DNA of 61,644 nt, filler included. It is 7 parts of 7 records of this genome, joined end to end, with 100 filler letters (N's around TTAATTAATTAA, not from the genome) between each part and the next. Parts side by side here need not be neighbours in the genome. Positions count along the whole stretch, not along the records: positions 9,332 to 15,703 come from SRR31156797_32724; positions 15,804 to 21,039 come from SRR31156797_32745; 5 more parts are not named here. One strand, given 5' to 3'. Below are positions 9,828-20,441 of this stretch, in pieces; positions within the stretch are counted from its first letter, which is position 1, and every line of letters begins with the position of its first letter. The notes under the pieces are model-generated. The model searched no databases, was not told where the DNA came from, and saw only the letters and a program-made list of their open reading frames with translations. The position numbers and the translations under genes were made by a program.

Positions 9828-11810
9828 ATGAAGTTGAGATCGAAAGTTACAATGTTGTTATTCTTTATGTCAATTTTGCCAATTTTACTAATGGGTATTT
9901 TAACTTATAACATTGGAGTAAATAATGCTGTGCAATCAGCAAAACAGGAAGCTGAAAATGAAGTTCAAAATACTAACAGAATGCTTGAAAAATACTTTAA
10001 TGGAATAAATGTGCACGCAATGGTGTTGAAAGAGAGTTATTTAAATTCCGGCTGGGAAGAAACCAAAAGACTATACGAAAAGATTAATTTATCATCAGAG
10101 AGCCAGACAACAATATACAAAAGTATATATATAGGTTTAGAAGATGGTACACTAGAATCTAGTTCAGGTAATAACGATGATTTTATGAATGAAGATTGGT
10201 ACATCAGTGCTGTATTTGAAAGCAGTGGAATCTACGTATCGGAGCCATTTGAAGATAACTATGGAAGTGTTTTGGTCAAAGTTTCTCAAAAAATAGAGAA
10301 AGATGGTAAAGAGATAGGAGTTATTGGATTTGATTTGGATCTTAAATCCATTCAAGATGAGATAAGTGATGTTAAAATAGGTGATACCGGTTATGCTTTT
10401 TTACTTCATAAAAATAAAATGATTCTTGCACATATTACTACTGATAAAATTATGACTGATGTTACAGAATCATTAGGCAGTGAATTTGAAATAATTTTTA
10501 GCGAGAATTCAAATGAAGGTTTTCTTGAATATATAAAATATGATGAAAAAAAATTCGCTTATTTCAAACAGATAGAAAATACAGATTTAATAATTTGTGG
10601 TGGAACATTTTATGATGAACTGGCTTCAAAATTTAATCTGGTGCGAAATTTAATTATGATACTTACCGGAATTTTTACAATCTTAGCTATTCTTGTGTAT
10701 ATATATTTTAATAAAAATATAATCAAAAGTTTATATAAAATTATAGATGTATTTAAAAAAGGTTCAAACGGTGATCTTAATGCTGAAATTAACTTAAAGA
10801 CAAATGATGAACTTGAGATTTTGGCAAAAGAGTTTAATAATTTTATGAATAAATTAAATGAAATTATAAACGGAATAAAAATATTATCAGAAAGAGTAGA
10901 GAGTGGTAACGGGCAGTTAACCGAAGCAGTTAATACTGTAGTTCATGGCTCAGAAGATATAAACGGAATTATTCAGTTGAATAAACATGTAGACTCGGTT
11001 TTGGATAATGTGAGAAATCAAACAGCATCATCTCAAGAGAGTTTAGCAGCACTTGAGCAAATTAGCGTAACAAGTAATGGAATGACAACCAGCGTTACAG
11101 AAGGAGTCAGATCACTTCAATCATCACTTGTGATTGCAAAAGAGAGTTACGGAGATATGAAAAAAATAGCGATTAGCATGGAAGATATAAATCAAAGTGT
11201 ATCAACAACTAATAATCAGATCGGTAAACTTAAGGAGATATCTATAAATATAGGTGAAATTCTAACAGCGATTAACTCAATAGCGGAACAGACCAATCTG
11301 TTAGCTCTTAATGCAGCGATAGAGGCAGCCAGAGCAGGTGAAGCAGGCAGAGGATTCAGCGTTGTAGCAGATGAGATCAGGAAGCTTGCTGAGCAGACCA
11401 ATCGTGAAACAGATAAAATAGAAGTATTGATCGATAGTGTTCAAACTGAAGTTGAAAATGTAGAACACGGTGGTGAAATAATAAAAGATAAAGTACAGAA
11501 TGGAATCGAGTTAATGCTGGTTTCGCAAGATAATATAGGTAAAATTATGGAGATAACTGAGAAGAATAACTCTGATATAAATGCTCTGGCTAATTCAGCT
11601 ACTGAGCAGGCAACAGCATCAAAAGAGATTACATCAGCAATCGGAAATATAACGAGCAGTTCAACAGAGATAGAGGAGCTGAGTATAGAAACCAGTGCAA
11701 TATCAAATGAGATTAAATTAACTCTTATCAGCAAAATTGACCTGGTAAATGAACTTAATGACTTGGTAAGTGAATTAAAACAAGATCTTGGATTTTTTAT
11801 TACAAAATAA
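9828..11810 (+). CDS. Methyl-accepting chemotaxis protein (TM, Cache-like domain, TM, HAMP, signalling domain)
   Basis: [35 protein letters not shown]; two TM segments; WY...SEPF and IGDTGYAFL Cache-like motifs; GDLN...DELEILA HAMP. Confidence 0.95.
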   Translation: MKLRSKVTMLLFFMSILPILLMGILTYNIGVNNAVQSAKQEAENEVQNTNRMLEKYFNGINVHAMVLKESYLNSGWEETKRLYEKINLSSESQTTIYKSIYIGLEDGTLESSSGNNDDFMNEDWYISAVFESSGIYVSEPFEDNYGSVLVKVSQKIEKDGKEIGVIGFDLDLKSIQDEISDVKIGDTGYAFLLHKNKMILAHITTDKIMTDVTESLGSEFEIIFSENSNEGFLEYIKYDEKKFAYFKQIENTDLIICGGTFYDELASKFNLVRNLIMILTGIFTILAILVYIYFNKNIIKSLYKIIDVFKKGSNGDLNAEINLKTNDELEILAKEFNNFMNKLNEIINGIKILSERVESGNGQLTEAVNTVVHGSEDINGIIQLNKHVDSVLDNVRNQTASSQESLAALEQISVTSNGMTTSVTEGVRSLQSSLVIAKESYGDMKKIAISMEDINQSVSTTNNQIGKLKEISINIGEILTAINSIAEQTNLLALNAAIEAARAGEAGRGFSVVADEIRKLAEQTNRETDKIEVLIDSVQTEVENVEHGGEIIKDKVQNGIELMLVSQDNIGKIMEITEKNNSDINALANSATEQATASKEITSAIGNITSSSTEIEELSIETSAISNEIKLTLISKIDLVNELNDLVSELKQDLGFFITK

Positions 11811-11819
11811 ATATCTGCT

Positions 11820-11858
11820 AAAAGAGGATGCTAAGCACAAGCATCCTCTTTTGTTTTA
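11820..11858. terminator. Bidirectional intrinsic terminator between convergent MCP and scrB
   Basis: AAAAGAGGATGCT-N7-AGCATCCTCTTTT with T-tract. Confidence 0.88.
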
Positions 11859-11859
11859 T

Positions 11860-13317
11860 TTAGTCTAAATCCCATTTTTTAATAGATTTTATAGAAGTTT
11901 TTCCGTTAAGAGAGTAGAAGTTAATATACTTAGAATCTTTACTCGGGTAGATTCTTGCACTAAAGACTTCTTCTCCTTTATTGACAAATATCTCAACTGA
12001 TGATTTATCAATAAAAATTCTTAAGGAATTTAATTTATCCAATTTAACTGTTCTGCTGCCTTTATAGCCTTCACCGGATAGATTTCTGTCAAGTTTTAGT
12101 TTCTTTTCAAGATTATCCCACATAAGAGTTGTTTTTTCGTTATTTTTCTTAGAAACTCTGAGATCAATAGCAAATTTTTCTGAATTGATTTCATTAAATT
12201 CTAACTCTAATTCGATGATTTCCCCTTCGATGTTTTCTAGAGAGATAGTCTCATCTTCTACAGAAAAATTATTATAACTAATTTCATTTTTTCTGAGTTC
12301 AAACATCTCTTCTACAGGAGTTTGATATAACTTGTTATTGATTAATTTAAGCTCTCTTGGCATAGTCATACAGTGTAACCAGCCATTTTTTACAGTGGGG
12401 TGATCCTCCTCTTCCGGAAGACCCATCCATGCAAAAAGAAGTCTTCTGCCTTTTTCATCTAAAGTAGTTTGTGGAGCGTAGAAGTCAAAACCTCTATCCA
12501 GTTCTATGAACTCTCCGTGACTTAATTTCCCTGTTTCATAATCTAGCTTTCCTATAAAATATCCAGACTGATAAATATTGTTATAGATATCTCCATCAGC
12601 TTCTAATCCCTGTGGTGAAGCTATTAATATATCTTTATCTGCTAGTTCAAACAGATCAGGACACTCCCACATATATCCAAATTCACCAAGACCGTTAAGA
12701 TTACTTCCTGCTAGTTTTGATTTGAATTTCCAATTGTTTAAGTCAGGTGATTCAAAAAGAAGTGCACAGCCTTTTTCTTCAATTGTTTGAGTGCCAATTA
12801 TCATATACCATGTATCTTCATTTTTCCATATTTTAGGATCCCTGAAATGCTTTGTGAAGCCTTCCGGTTGATTTTTCATAACTATACCGCTCTTACTTAT
12901 ATTAAAGCCGTCAGTTGATTCTGCAAGGCACTGATAAGTATCTCGAGAGCCATCTTCATGTTTTACGTTTCCTGTATAGATGAGCTTCATTACACCATTG
13001 TCTTCAACAGCACTCCCAGAGTAACAACCGTTTTTTTCATAATAAGTATCAGGCATCAAAGCCACTTTTTCGTGAGTCCAATTCACTAAGTCTTTACTGG
13101 AATAATGTCCCCAAAATTTTGATCCGTGCTCACAAGCAAATGGATTCCATTGATAAAAAAGATGATAAACTCCTTTGAATTGAATAAAACCATTCGGATC
13201 ATTTAAAAGTCCAATTGGTGGACATAAATGAAACTTTTGTCCATACTCAGTGTCAGGTTTAACTTTTTTCATTACTTCTTGAAATCTAGTCTGTAGATTA
13301 TTATTATTTATACCCAT
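11860..13317 (-). CDS. scrB: Sucrose-6-phosphate hydrolase (GH32)
   Basis: LLNDPNG, FRDP and MWECP catalytic motifs; FDFYAPQT; downstream of the sucrose PTS gene. Confidence 0.95.
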   Translation of the reverse strand: MGINNNNLQTRFQEVMKKVKPDTEYGQKFHLCPPIGLLNDPNGFIQFKGVYHLFYQWNPFACEHGSKFWGHYSSKDLVNWTHEKVALMPDTYYEKNGCYSGSAVEDNGVMKLIYTGNVKHEDGSRDTYQCLAESTDGFNISKSGIVMKNQPEGFTKHFRDPKIWKNEDTWYMIIGTQTIEEKGCALLFESPDLNNWKFKSKLAGSNLNGLGEFGYMWECPDLFELADKDILIASPQGLEADGDIYNNIYQSGYFIGKLDYETGKLSHGEFIELDRGFDFYAPQTTLDEKGRRLLFAWMGLPEEEDHPTVKNGWLHCMTMPRELKLINNKLYQTPVEEMFELRKNEISYNNFSVEDETISLENIEGEIIELELEFNEINSEKFAIDLRVSKKNNEKTTLMWDNLEKKLKLDRNLSGEGYKGSRTVKLDKLNSLRIFIDKSSVEIFVNKGEEVFSARIYPSKDSKYINFYSLNGKTSIKSIKKWDLD

Positions 13318-13383
13318 GTATCCTCCGAAAATAACTCAAGAGCCCTGCAAGATATAATCAAGCAAAGCTCTAAATTAATATTT

Positions 13384-15270
13384 TTATAAAACTCTGACTT
13401 TCATTAAAAGATCTCCGGCTCTGATATCACCACTTGTTCTTTCAATAATTTCAGCTTCATCCATATTAGCTATAATTACAGGAGTAGTTGTAGATTTAGC
13501 GTTTTTCTTTATGAAATCAAGATCAAATTTTACTAAATCTTCTCCCTTTTTTACTGCACTCTCATTTGCTGCGATTCTCTCAAAACCTTTTCCATCAAGT
13601 TTAACAGTATCAATACCAAAGTGAACAATAAGTTCTAAACCATTTGTTTCAAATGAAACAGCATGATTAGTATCGAAAATACCAATCTCTTCAGCATCAC
13701 ATGGTGCTTTGATCATATCACCTTCCGGAATAATTGCCACACCATCACCAAGCATTTTTTCTGCGAATGCTTCATCAGGAGTTTCTTTTAGTTCAACAAC
13801 TTTTCCACTTAAAGGAGAGTAGATTTCAACTATTTTAGCTTCAGCCTGAAGAACTTCTTCATTATCTGTAGTTTTCTCTGTATTCTCTATATTCTTTGCT
13901 TCGTTATTATTATCCTCTTTGAACCCTGCTATATATGTTAATCCGAAAGCTGTTCCAAATGAAATTGCAAATCCTACTAAATAGTTCAACATACTGTTGT
14001 TTGCAACAATAGCCGTTCCGGGTATTGCCGTAACTCCAACTCCTGTCATGAATACTTTTGTAAGGACAACATATGCTCCACCTACAGCTCCACCAATAGC
14101 AGCTGAGATAAATGGTCTGATTAGTTTTAAATTAACCCCGAATATTGCAGCTTCTGTAATTCCTAATAAACATGATGTAGCAGATGGCAGCGCGATTGAT
14201 TTTATCTTAGCATCTTTAGTTTTGAAAAATACTGCAAATGCTGCTCCACCTTGAGCAATATTAGCCATTGACCAAATAGGTAGTAAATAGTTACCACCGA
14301 TATTTTTAATCATCTCAGCTTCGAAGGCATGAAATGAATGGTGAACTCCGGTAATAACAATTGATGAATATAATCCACCAAAGATTAATCCGGCAACTGG
14401 TCCTGCGATATTTAATATTTTATCTAATGAGAAAGAGATTCCGTTTCCTAATGCCCTTCCTGCAGGTCCGATTAAAAATAAAGATACAAATCCTGTAGCT
14501 AATATAGTGAAAAACGGTGTTAAAATTAAATCCAATGAGTTTGGAATAACTTTTCTTATATTTTTCTCAACATATGACATAATCCAAACTGCTATTAAAA
14601 TTGGCAGTACTGTTCCCTGATAACCGACTTTAGCAATCTTCATTCCGAATAATTCAATATAACCAGATATTCCTCCACCAACTGTCCATGCATTTTGTAA
14701 TGCAGGGTGAATTAATATTCCTCCCAGTACAGCTGCAAGATAAGGATTACATCCAAACTCTTTTGCTGCTGAAAAAGCAATTAATATTGGTAAAAATACA
14801 AATGCAGCATTTGAAAACATATCGAGTAATGAGAAAATACTACTTGATGAATCAAACCAGCCAAATCTGCTTCCCATTCCTAATAGCCCCATTAAAAGTC
14901 CACTAGCAACTATAGCCGGAATAATAGGTACAAAGATGTTAGATAATGTTCTGGCAGCTCTCTGAACGATATTCATGTTCTTCATAGCATCTTTTTTAGC
15001 ATCACTTGTAGAAACAGCTTTGATCTCTGCTCCTTGAGTCATCTCAGCATATACTTTGTTAACAACACCTTGCCCCAGAATAATTTGAAATTGCCCTGAA
15101 GAGTTAAAACATCCCTTTACCTCAGGCATTTGCTCTAATTTGTCTTTACTTACGATAGTATCATCATTAAGAACAAGTCTAAGCCTAGTTGCACAGTGTG
15201 CTGCACTAGAGATATTTCCCTTTCCACCTAACAAGTGCAAAATGTCATTTGCGATTTTTTTGTAATTCAT
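13384..15270 (-). CDS. scrA: Sucrose-type PTS EIIBCA
   Basis: EIIB HCATRLR, EIIC GITEAAIFGVNL, EIIA VHFGIDTV; adjacent to the GH32 gene. Confidence 0.92.
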   Translation of the reverse strand: MNYKKIANDILHLLGGKGNISSAAHCATRLRLVLNDDTIVSKDKLEQMPEVKGCFNSSGQFQIILGQGVVNKVYAEMTQGAEIKAVSTSDAKKDAMKNMNIVQRAARTLSNIFVPIIPAIVASGLLMGLLGMGSRFGWFDSSSSIFSLLDMFSNAAFVFLPILIAFSAAKEFGCNPYLAAVLGGILIHPALQNAWTVGGGISGYIELFGMKIAKVGYQGTVLPILIAVWIMSYVEKNIRKVIPNSLDLILTPFFTILATGFVSLFLIGPAGRALGNGISFSLDKILNIAGPVAGLIFGGLYSSIVITGVHHSFHAFEAEMIKNIGGNYLLPIWSMANIAQGGAAFAVFFKTKDAKIKSIALPSATSCLLGITEAAIFGVNLKLIRPFISAAIGGAVGGAYVVLTKVFMTGVGVTAIPGTAIVANNSMLNYLVGFAISFGTAFGLTYIAGFKEDNNNEAKNIENTEKTTDNEEVLQAEAKIVEIYSPLSGKVVELKETPDEAFAEKMLGDGVAIIPEGDMIKAPCDAEEIGIFDTNHAVSFETNGLELIVHFGIDTVKLDGKGFERIAANESAVKKGEDLVKFDLDFIKKNAKSTTTPVIIANMDEAEIIERTSGDIRAGDLLMKVRVL

Positions 15271-15342
15271 ACATACATCCTCCTACTTAAAATTTTATAA
15301 ATATGTAAATTTTGATTAAGTATCAAGATAATAAAAACAATT

Positions 15343-15358
15343 ACTTTAACGTTTAAGT
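15343..15358. promoter_or_regulatory. Candidate LacI-family (ScrR-type) operator
   Basis: Near-palindrome ACTTTAACGTTTAAGT with central CG, between the promoter and the scrA start. Confidence 0.5.
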
Positions 15359-15452
15359 TAAAGGCTAAAAAATAAAAGAAGCTTTATTTTAAGTTAATAT
15401 GACTAATTCAATTATTTAGCAGTCATATAATTTTTTGCTCCTCGTTAAATTG

Positions 15453-15481
15453 ATAATATAATATTTTGAGAAATTTGTCAA
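15453..15481 (-). promoter_or_regulatory. Sigma70-type promoter for scrA-scrB
   Basis: Minus strand TTGACA-N17-TATTAT. Confidence 0.75.
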
Positions 15482-15703
15482 TATATTTTCTCGATTGGAA
15501 AAAATATTCATAAAATAAGACAAAACCAAAAACATCTTTATTAAATTCAAAAATATAGATAATTTAAAAAGATTGGTCAAAAAATAAAAAAACAATCTTT
15601 TCTAATCGAATTACTAGAAAACATTGGTGTATATATTTTTGTCAGAACACTTAACTCAGTATATTTTTTAGAACAAAGTCAAAAAGAATCAATTTGACTT
15701 TAA

Positions 15704-15803
15704 NNNNNNNNNNNNNNNNNNNNNNNNNNNNNNNNNNNNNNNNNNNNTTAATTAATTAANNNNNNNNNNNNNNNNNNNNNNNNNNNNNNNNNNNNNNNNN
15801 NNN
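15704..15803. other. Artificial contig spacer
   Basis: N44-TTAATTAATTAA-N44. Confidence 0.99.
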
Positions 15804-15805
15804 AC

Positions 15806-15964
15806 AATAGTGACCTTGAGAATGTAAAAGTAGCCGGGCCCAATCTTGTTGTGGGAGACAAGGTTAAGCTAAAGGATAGCTCAGAGTCTGTTAATGCGGT
15901 TTATTTAAAAGGAACGGACGGGGAAAAGGTGTTGTTTGGAAAAAGAGGCAAGATTTTTTATTAA
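15806..15964 (+). CDS. C-terminal fragment of an unidentified protein
   Basis: Open frame from the contig edge: NSDLENVKVAGPNLVVGDKVKL...GKIFY*. Confidence 0.55.
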   Translation, partial: NSDLENVKVAGPNLVVGDKVKLKDSSESVNAVYLKGTDGEKVLFGKRGKIFY

Positions 15965-15982
15965 TATTAATAGGGGGTTCAA

Positions 15983-16297
15983 ATGAATCACAAAACATCG
16001 CGCTTTGACGGCAACTGTTCGGAACTGTCTGACAAAAGTGTAATAGCTATGGTTATGGATGGCTCCCTTACAAGAAACAAGAACTTTGAGTTTTTCAAAA
16101 CAAAAAGAGGTCAGGACTTATTTAGGAAAGCTAGAATAATTAAAGGTTTTATTGAGGACCTGGATAAAGGTGCAAAAATAATTGGAGAAGACAGAGATAA
16201 AGAAAGCATTTTGATCACAATAGAAAATAATGAAGAAAAGTATAAAAGAACTGTATTTATGGACGAAACGATGTATTCTGTGTTTAAGAACAGGTAA
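15983..16297 (+). CDS. Hypothetical protein upstream of recA
   Basis: 104-aa ORF with AGGGGG RBS, co-oriented with its neighbours; LTRNKNFEFF motif. Confidence 0.7.
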   Translation: MNHKTSRFDGNCSELSDKSVIAMVMDGSLTRNKNFEFFKTKRGQDLFRKARIIKGFIEDLDKGAKIIGEDRDKESILITIENNEEKYKRTVFMDETMYSVFKNR

Positions 16298-16342
16298 CAG
16301 TCGTTAGGGTGGTTCTTTTTGTTTTTTAAATGGAGGAAGTTG

Positions 16343-17383
16343 ATGGTTGGAGACAAAAAAGTTGTACTGGACAGTGTAATTAAAAACATTGAAAAGCAGT
16401 ATGGAAAAGGTTCAATAATGATCCTTGGTGAAGAGAATTCTGTCGATATTGATGTAATTCCGACAGGAGCATTGAGTCTTGACACAGCAATGGGTATTGG
16501 TGGATATCCAAGAGGAAGGATCGTTGAGATCTACGGCCCGGAAGCGTCAGGAAAAACGACACTTGCACTTCATGCAATTGCAGAGGCTCAGAAAAAAGGA
16601 GGTGCTGCGGCGTTTCTTGATGTTGAGCATGCTTTTGATATTAGCTATGCAAAAAGATTGGGAATACAGGTTGACTCACTGATAGTTTCTCAGCCGGATT
16701 ATGCTGAGCAGGCACTTGAGATCGCAGAAACTCTTGTTAGAAGTAACGCGGTTGACATTGTTGTAGTTGATTCTGTTGCCGCGCTGGTTCCAAGAAGTGA
16801 AATAGAAGGTGATATGGGTGACAGTCACATGGGCGTTCAGGCAAGGCTTATGTCTCAGGCGCTTAGAAAACTTACAGCTGCTGTAAGCAAGTCAAAAACC
16901 TGTCTTATCTTTATAAATCAGCTTAGAAGCAAAATCGGTGTTATGTTTGGAAACCCGGAAACTACAACTGGTGGCAATGCTTTAAAATTCTATGCTTCAA
17001 TGAGAATTGATATCAGAAGGATCGCAAGCATTAAAGAAAAGGATGCCGTTGTTGGAAACCAGGTTCGAGTTAAGATCCAGAAAAACAAAATGTTTCCTCC
17101 TTTTAGAGAGTCTATTTTTGACATCATATATGGAAAGGGCATTGACCGTCTTTCAGACATGGTCAATTTAGCAGAAAAAGATGAGTTTGTTAAAAAGAGC
17201 GGTAGCTGGTACAGTTACGGAGAAACAAGATTGGGGCAGGGCTTGAGCAATGCTGCAAAAACGCTGAAAGAAAATCCGGAGCTGATCAAGGAGATCGTTG
17301 ACAAGATCAAGGAAAAACATAACTTGAAAAAGGATGGCCCGGTAGAAAAAAAAGAAGCTGAGCCAAAAAAAGGGAAAAAGTAA
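16343..17383 (+). CDS. recA: Recombinase RecA
   Basis: [47 protein letters not shown] before the ATG at 16343. Confidence 0.99.
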   Translation: MVGDKKVVLDSVIKNIEKQYGKGSIMILGEENSVDIDVIPTGALSLDTAMGIGGYPRGRIVEIYGPEASGKTTLALHAIAEAQKKGGAAAFLDVEHAFDISYAKRLGIQVDSLIVSQPDYAEQALEIAETLVRSNAVDIVVVDSVAALVPRSEIEGDMGDSHMGVQARLMSQALRKLTAAVSKSKTCLIFINQLRSKIGVMFGNPETTTGGNALKFYASMRIDIRRIASIKEKDAVVGNQVRVKIQKNKMFPPFRESIFDIIYGKGIDRLSDMVNLAEKDEFVKKSGSWYSYGETRLGQGLSNAAKTLKENPELIKEIVDKIKEKHNLKKDGPVEKKEAEPKKGKK

Positions 17384-17398
17384 GCAGGAGATAAATAA

Positions 17399-18571
17399 AT
17401 GAGCGATCAAGGCGGATCTTTAAATGAACTTCTTCAGATGGCTTCTAAGGTTGGAGCGTCTGATATACATCTGAAAACCTATACTGTCCCCGTTTTGAGG
17501 ATTAATGGTGTTCTTAATAAAATCGAGGAGTTCGGGATATTGAAACCTGAACGAATAAACCCTATGATTGCGGGAATTCTTAGCGAAGAACAGAGAAAAA
17601 CTTTAAAAAGCGACAATGAGGTTGACCTTTCCTACAGCGTATCAGGAGTTGGTCGTTTCAGGGTAAACGTTTTTAGACAGAGAAGTAGCCTGGGAGTAGT
17701 TTTCAGAACGATCCCATTCTCTGTTAAGTCAGTTGACGAACTAACTCTTCCGCCAGTCATTAAAAAGATCGCAAATTTTAAAAGAGGGCTTGTTCTGGTA
17801 ACAGGAACAACAGGAAGTGGTAAATCAACAACAATGGCGTCGATGATAGATTATATCAACTCGAATCATTCACGCAATATTATCACGATCGAAGACCCGA
17901 TAGAGTTTCTTATTCGAGATAAAAAATGCATCATCAGTCAAAGGGAAGTGGGAATTGATACGAAGTCTTTTGCAAAAGCGTTAAGAGGTTCTCTCCGGCA
18001 GGATCCGGATGTAATTATGGTTGGTGAAATGAGAGACCTGGAAACGATAGAGATCGCTCTTACAGCTGCTGAAACAGGGCATCTTGTAATTAGCACCCTT
18101 CACACCTTGAATGCTGCAGAAACCATCAATAGAATTATCTCGGTCTTTCCTCCACACAACCAGTCACAGATCCGGCAGCAACTTGCAAGTGTTTTTGCTG
18201 CGGCAGTAAGTCAGAGGCTGATAAAGAAGAAAGACAACCGTTCGAGAGTTCCTGCAATTGAAGTGCTTATTGCATCCCAGTTAGTTAAAGAGATCATTCT
18301 TGATGAAAAACGTTTTAAAGAGATTCCTGATGTTATTCAAAAAGGTTTTCAGACCTATGGAATGCAGACATTTGACCAGTCGATATTCCAGCTTTTTCAG
18401 GATGGGCACATAACAGAAAAGGGTGCACTTGATAATGCAACAAGCCCGGATGATCTGGCACTAAGAATGCAGGGTGTGAGCATCTCCGGCGATGGTGACT
18501 GGGCTTCATTTGATAAGAGTAACAATCAATATCAGCCCACAGACTTTGATTATGACCCAGACGAAAACTAA
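17399..18571 (+). CDS. pilT: PilT/PilU-family type IV pilus retraction ATPase
   Basis: ASDIHL, GTTGSGKST, TIEDPIE, RQDPDVIMVGEMRD, AETGHLVISTLHT, GMQTFDQ. Confidence 0.93.
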   Translation: MSDQGGSLNELLQMASKVGASDIHLKTYTVPVLRINGVLNKIEEFGILKPERINPMIAGILSEEQRKTLKSDNEVDLSYSVSGVGRFRVNVFRQRSSLGVVFRTIPFSVKSVDELTLPPVIKKIANFKRGLVLVTGTTGSGKSTTMASMIDYINSNHSRNIITIEDPIEFLIRDKKCIISQREVGIDTKSFAKALRGSLRQDPDVIMVGEMRDLETIEIALTAAETGHLVISTLHTLNAAETINRIISVFPPHNQSQIRQQLASVFAAAVSQRLIKKKDNRSRVPAIEVLIASQLVKEIILDEKRFKEIPDVIQKGFQTYGMQTFDQSIFQLFQDGHITEKGALDNATSPDDLALRMQGVSISGDGDWASFDKSNNQYQPTDFDYDPDEN

Positions 18572-18992
18572 GGATCTGATCAAGTTTGCTCTCAAGCTTC
18601 TTTCAATAAGAGACTATTTTTCCTGCGAGCTAGTTAAAAGACTTCAAAAAAAAGAAGACAGCAAAGAATTGATCGAAGAAGTCATGGCTTATCTTAATAG
18701 TTTCAACTATTTAAATGATGAAGCTGTTTTAGAAAAATATGCCCGTGAAATATTTGAAAAGCAAAGAGGCATAAACTATCTGAAGAAAAAACTCTATGAT
18801 AAAGGGTGCGGAGAGCTTGTATCCAGATCAGACCTGTCTGCCGTTTACACAAAGAAAATGGAAAAGACAGCGGCTAGGAAAATGGCCATATCTATGAAAG
18901 GATACACAGTTGAAAAAATTGTTGGAAGAATGAAGTCAAGGGGTTTTAGCCCAGATGTTATTTTTGAAATTTTCGAAGAGCTGAAAAAATGA
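18552..18992 (+). CDS. recX: RecX regulatory protein
   Basis: ALKLLSIRDYFSCELVKRL, YLNDE, SRGFS helical repeats; in the recA operon. Confidence 0.85.
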   Translation: MTQTKTKDLIKFALKLLSIRDYFSCELVKRLQKKEDSKELIEEVMAYLNSFNYLNDEAVLEKYAREIFEKQRGINYLKKKLYDKGCGELVSRSDLSAVYTKKMEKTAARKMAISMKGYTVEKIVGRMKSRGFSPDVIFEIFEELKK

Positions 18993-19657
18993 TGAATATA
19001 CATGTGATCTATGAAGACAACCACATCATAGCTGTTGTTAAGCCCTGCGGTATTCCTGTTCAGAAAGATGCTTCAAACGACATGGATCTACAAAGTGCAA
19101 TTAAGGGTATGCTCAAAGAAAAGTACAATAAGCCGGGAAATGTATTTCTGGCAATGGTTCACAGGCTTGACCGTCCTGTTGGCGGTGTAATGGTTTTTGC
19201 AAAAACATCTAAAGCGGCCTCAAGGCTAAGTGATCAGATTCGCAAAGGTTTGTGGAAAAAAAACTACATTGCTGTTGTAGACGGAGTTCCTGAACAAGAC
19301 AAGGGAGAGTTAAAAGATTTTCTTCTCAAGGATCGTGAGAAAAATATTGTGAAAGTTGTAAAAAGCGGTACCTCCGGATCAAAAGAAGCCATTTTAAATT
19401 ATAAAACTGTAAGATCGGAAGGCCAAAGATCAATGCTTGATATTGATCTCAAAACTGGTAGAAGTCATCAGATAAGAGTTCAGCTATCAAGTCGGGGATT
19501 TCCAATAGTTAACGACCACAAGTACAACCCTGTCTATGGAAAAGGAAAAGATATTGCACTTTGGTCATCTGAACTTACGATTATACATCCCGTAAGTCGG
19601 GATTCTATGAAATTTCAAGCAAACCTCCCGGAATGTTTTGAAAAATTGAATTGTTAA
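18989..19657 (+). CDS. RluA-family RNA pseudouridine synthase
   Basis: YEDNHIIAVVKP, HRLDRPVGG, TGRSHQIRVQL. Confidence 0.95.
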   Translation: MMNIHVIYEDNHIIAVVKPCGIPVQKDASNDMDLQSAIKGMLKEKYNKPGNVFLAMVHRLDRPVGGVMVFAKTSKAASRLSDQIRKGLWKKNYIAVVDGVPEQDKGELKDFLLKDREKNIVKVVKSGTSGSKEAILNYKTVRSEGQRSMLDIDLKTGRSHQIRVQLSSRGFPIVNDHKYNPVYGKGKDIALWSSELTIIHPVSRDSMKFQANLPECFEKLNC

Positions 19658-19662
19658 GAAAA

Positions 19663-19679
19663 TTAACATAATATTAACG
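19663..19679 (+). promoter_or_regulatory. Candidate Pho box
   Basis: TTAACA-N5-TTAACG direct repeat with 11-bp period upstream of phoB. Confidence 0.55.
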
Positions 19680-19750
19680 AAAATCCTGTTGCGCTGAAAA
19701 AAAAGCCAAATAAAATTGAGAAGGTTATTAATTTTTCTCAGGAGAGAACA

Positions 19751-20440
19751 GTGTCAGATAAGAAAATACTACTGGTTGATGATGAAGAAGATATTCTTAA
19801 CCTTGTTAAATACAATCTTGAAAGAGAAGGTTACAGAGTTGAAACGGTAATGACAGGTGAGCAGGCTGTTAGAAACGCTCGAGAAAATGTTCCCGACCTT
19901 GTTCTGCTAGACCTGATGCTTCCGGGAATGGATGGGCTTGATGTGTGCAGGATTTTGAAAAATGACAAAGGTACAGGTTCTATTCCAATTGTAATGCTTA
20001 CAGCAAAAGGAGAGGATAGTGATATCGTTACCGGGCTTGAGCTTGGTGCAGATGACTACATCACAAAGCCGTTTAGCCCGAGAATTCTTGTTGCAAGAGT
20101 GAAGGCAGTTTTAAGAAGAGATGGCAGAGCTGAAGATACAAAAAGCACTCTTTTAAAGATTGGTGATCTTGAGATAGATTCAGCAAGGCATAGAGTTGCT
20201 GTGGACGGGGAAAGAAAAGACCTGACAGCTACAGAGTTTGATATTCTTTTTTACCTTGCAAGACGCCCGGGTTGGGTTTTCACAAGAAGTCAGATAATAA
20301 ATGGAGTTAAAGGTGATGACTACCCAGTTACAGACCGGTCTGTAGATGTCCAAATCCTAAACTTAAGAAAGAAGTTAGGAAAAGTGGGTGACTATGTCGA
20401 AACGGTAAGAGGTGTGGGTTACAGATTTAAGGAGCTTTGA
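19751..20440 (+). CDS. phoB: OmpR-family response regulator, PhoB/PhoP-like
   Basis: LVDDEED, LDLMLP, GADDYITKPF, ETVRGVGY; precedes a PhoR-like kinase. Confidence 0.85.
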   Translation: MSDKKILLVDDEEDILNLVKYNLEREGYRVETVMTGEQAVRNARENVPDLVLLDLMLPGMDGLDVCRILKNDKGTGSIPIVMLTAKGEDSDIVTGLELGADDYITKPFSPRILVARVKAVLRRDGRAEDTKSTLLKIGDLEIDSARHRVAVDGERKDLTATEFDILFYLARRPGWVFTRSQIINGVKGDDYPVTDRSVDVQILNLRKKLGKVGDYVETVRGVGYRFKEL

Positions 20441-20441
20441 T

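Noticed and set aside
9828-15270. MCP as a dedicated sucrose chemoreceptor
   Set aside because: It is convergent and separated by a terminator, and the ligand cannot be inferred from the sequence
15397-15430. RAT antiterminator (SacY/BglG type) upstream of scrA
   Set aside because: Only TGACTGCTAAA resembles the 5' half; the GCAGGCAA 3' half and an overlapping terminator are missing
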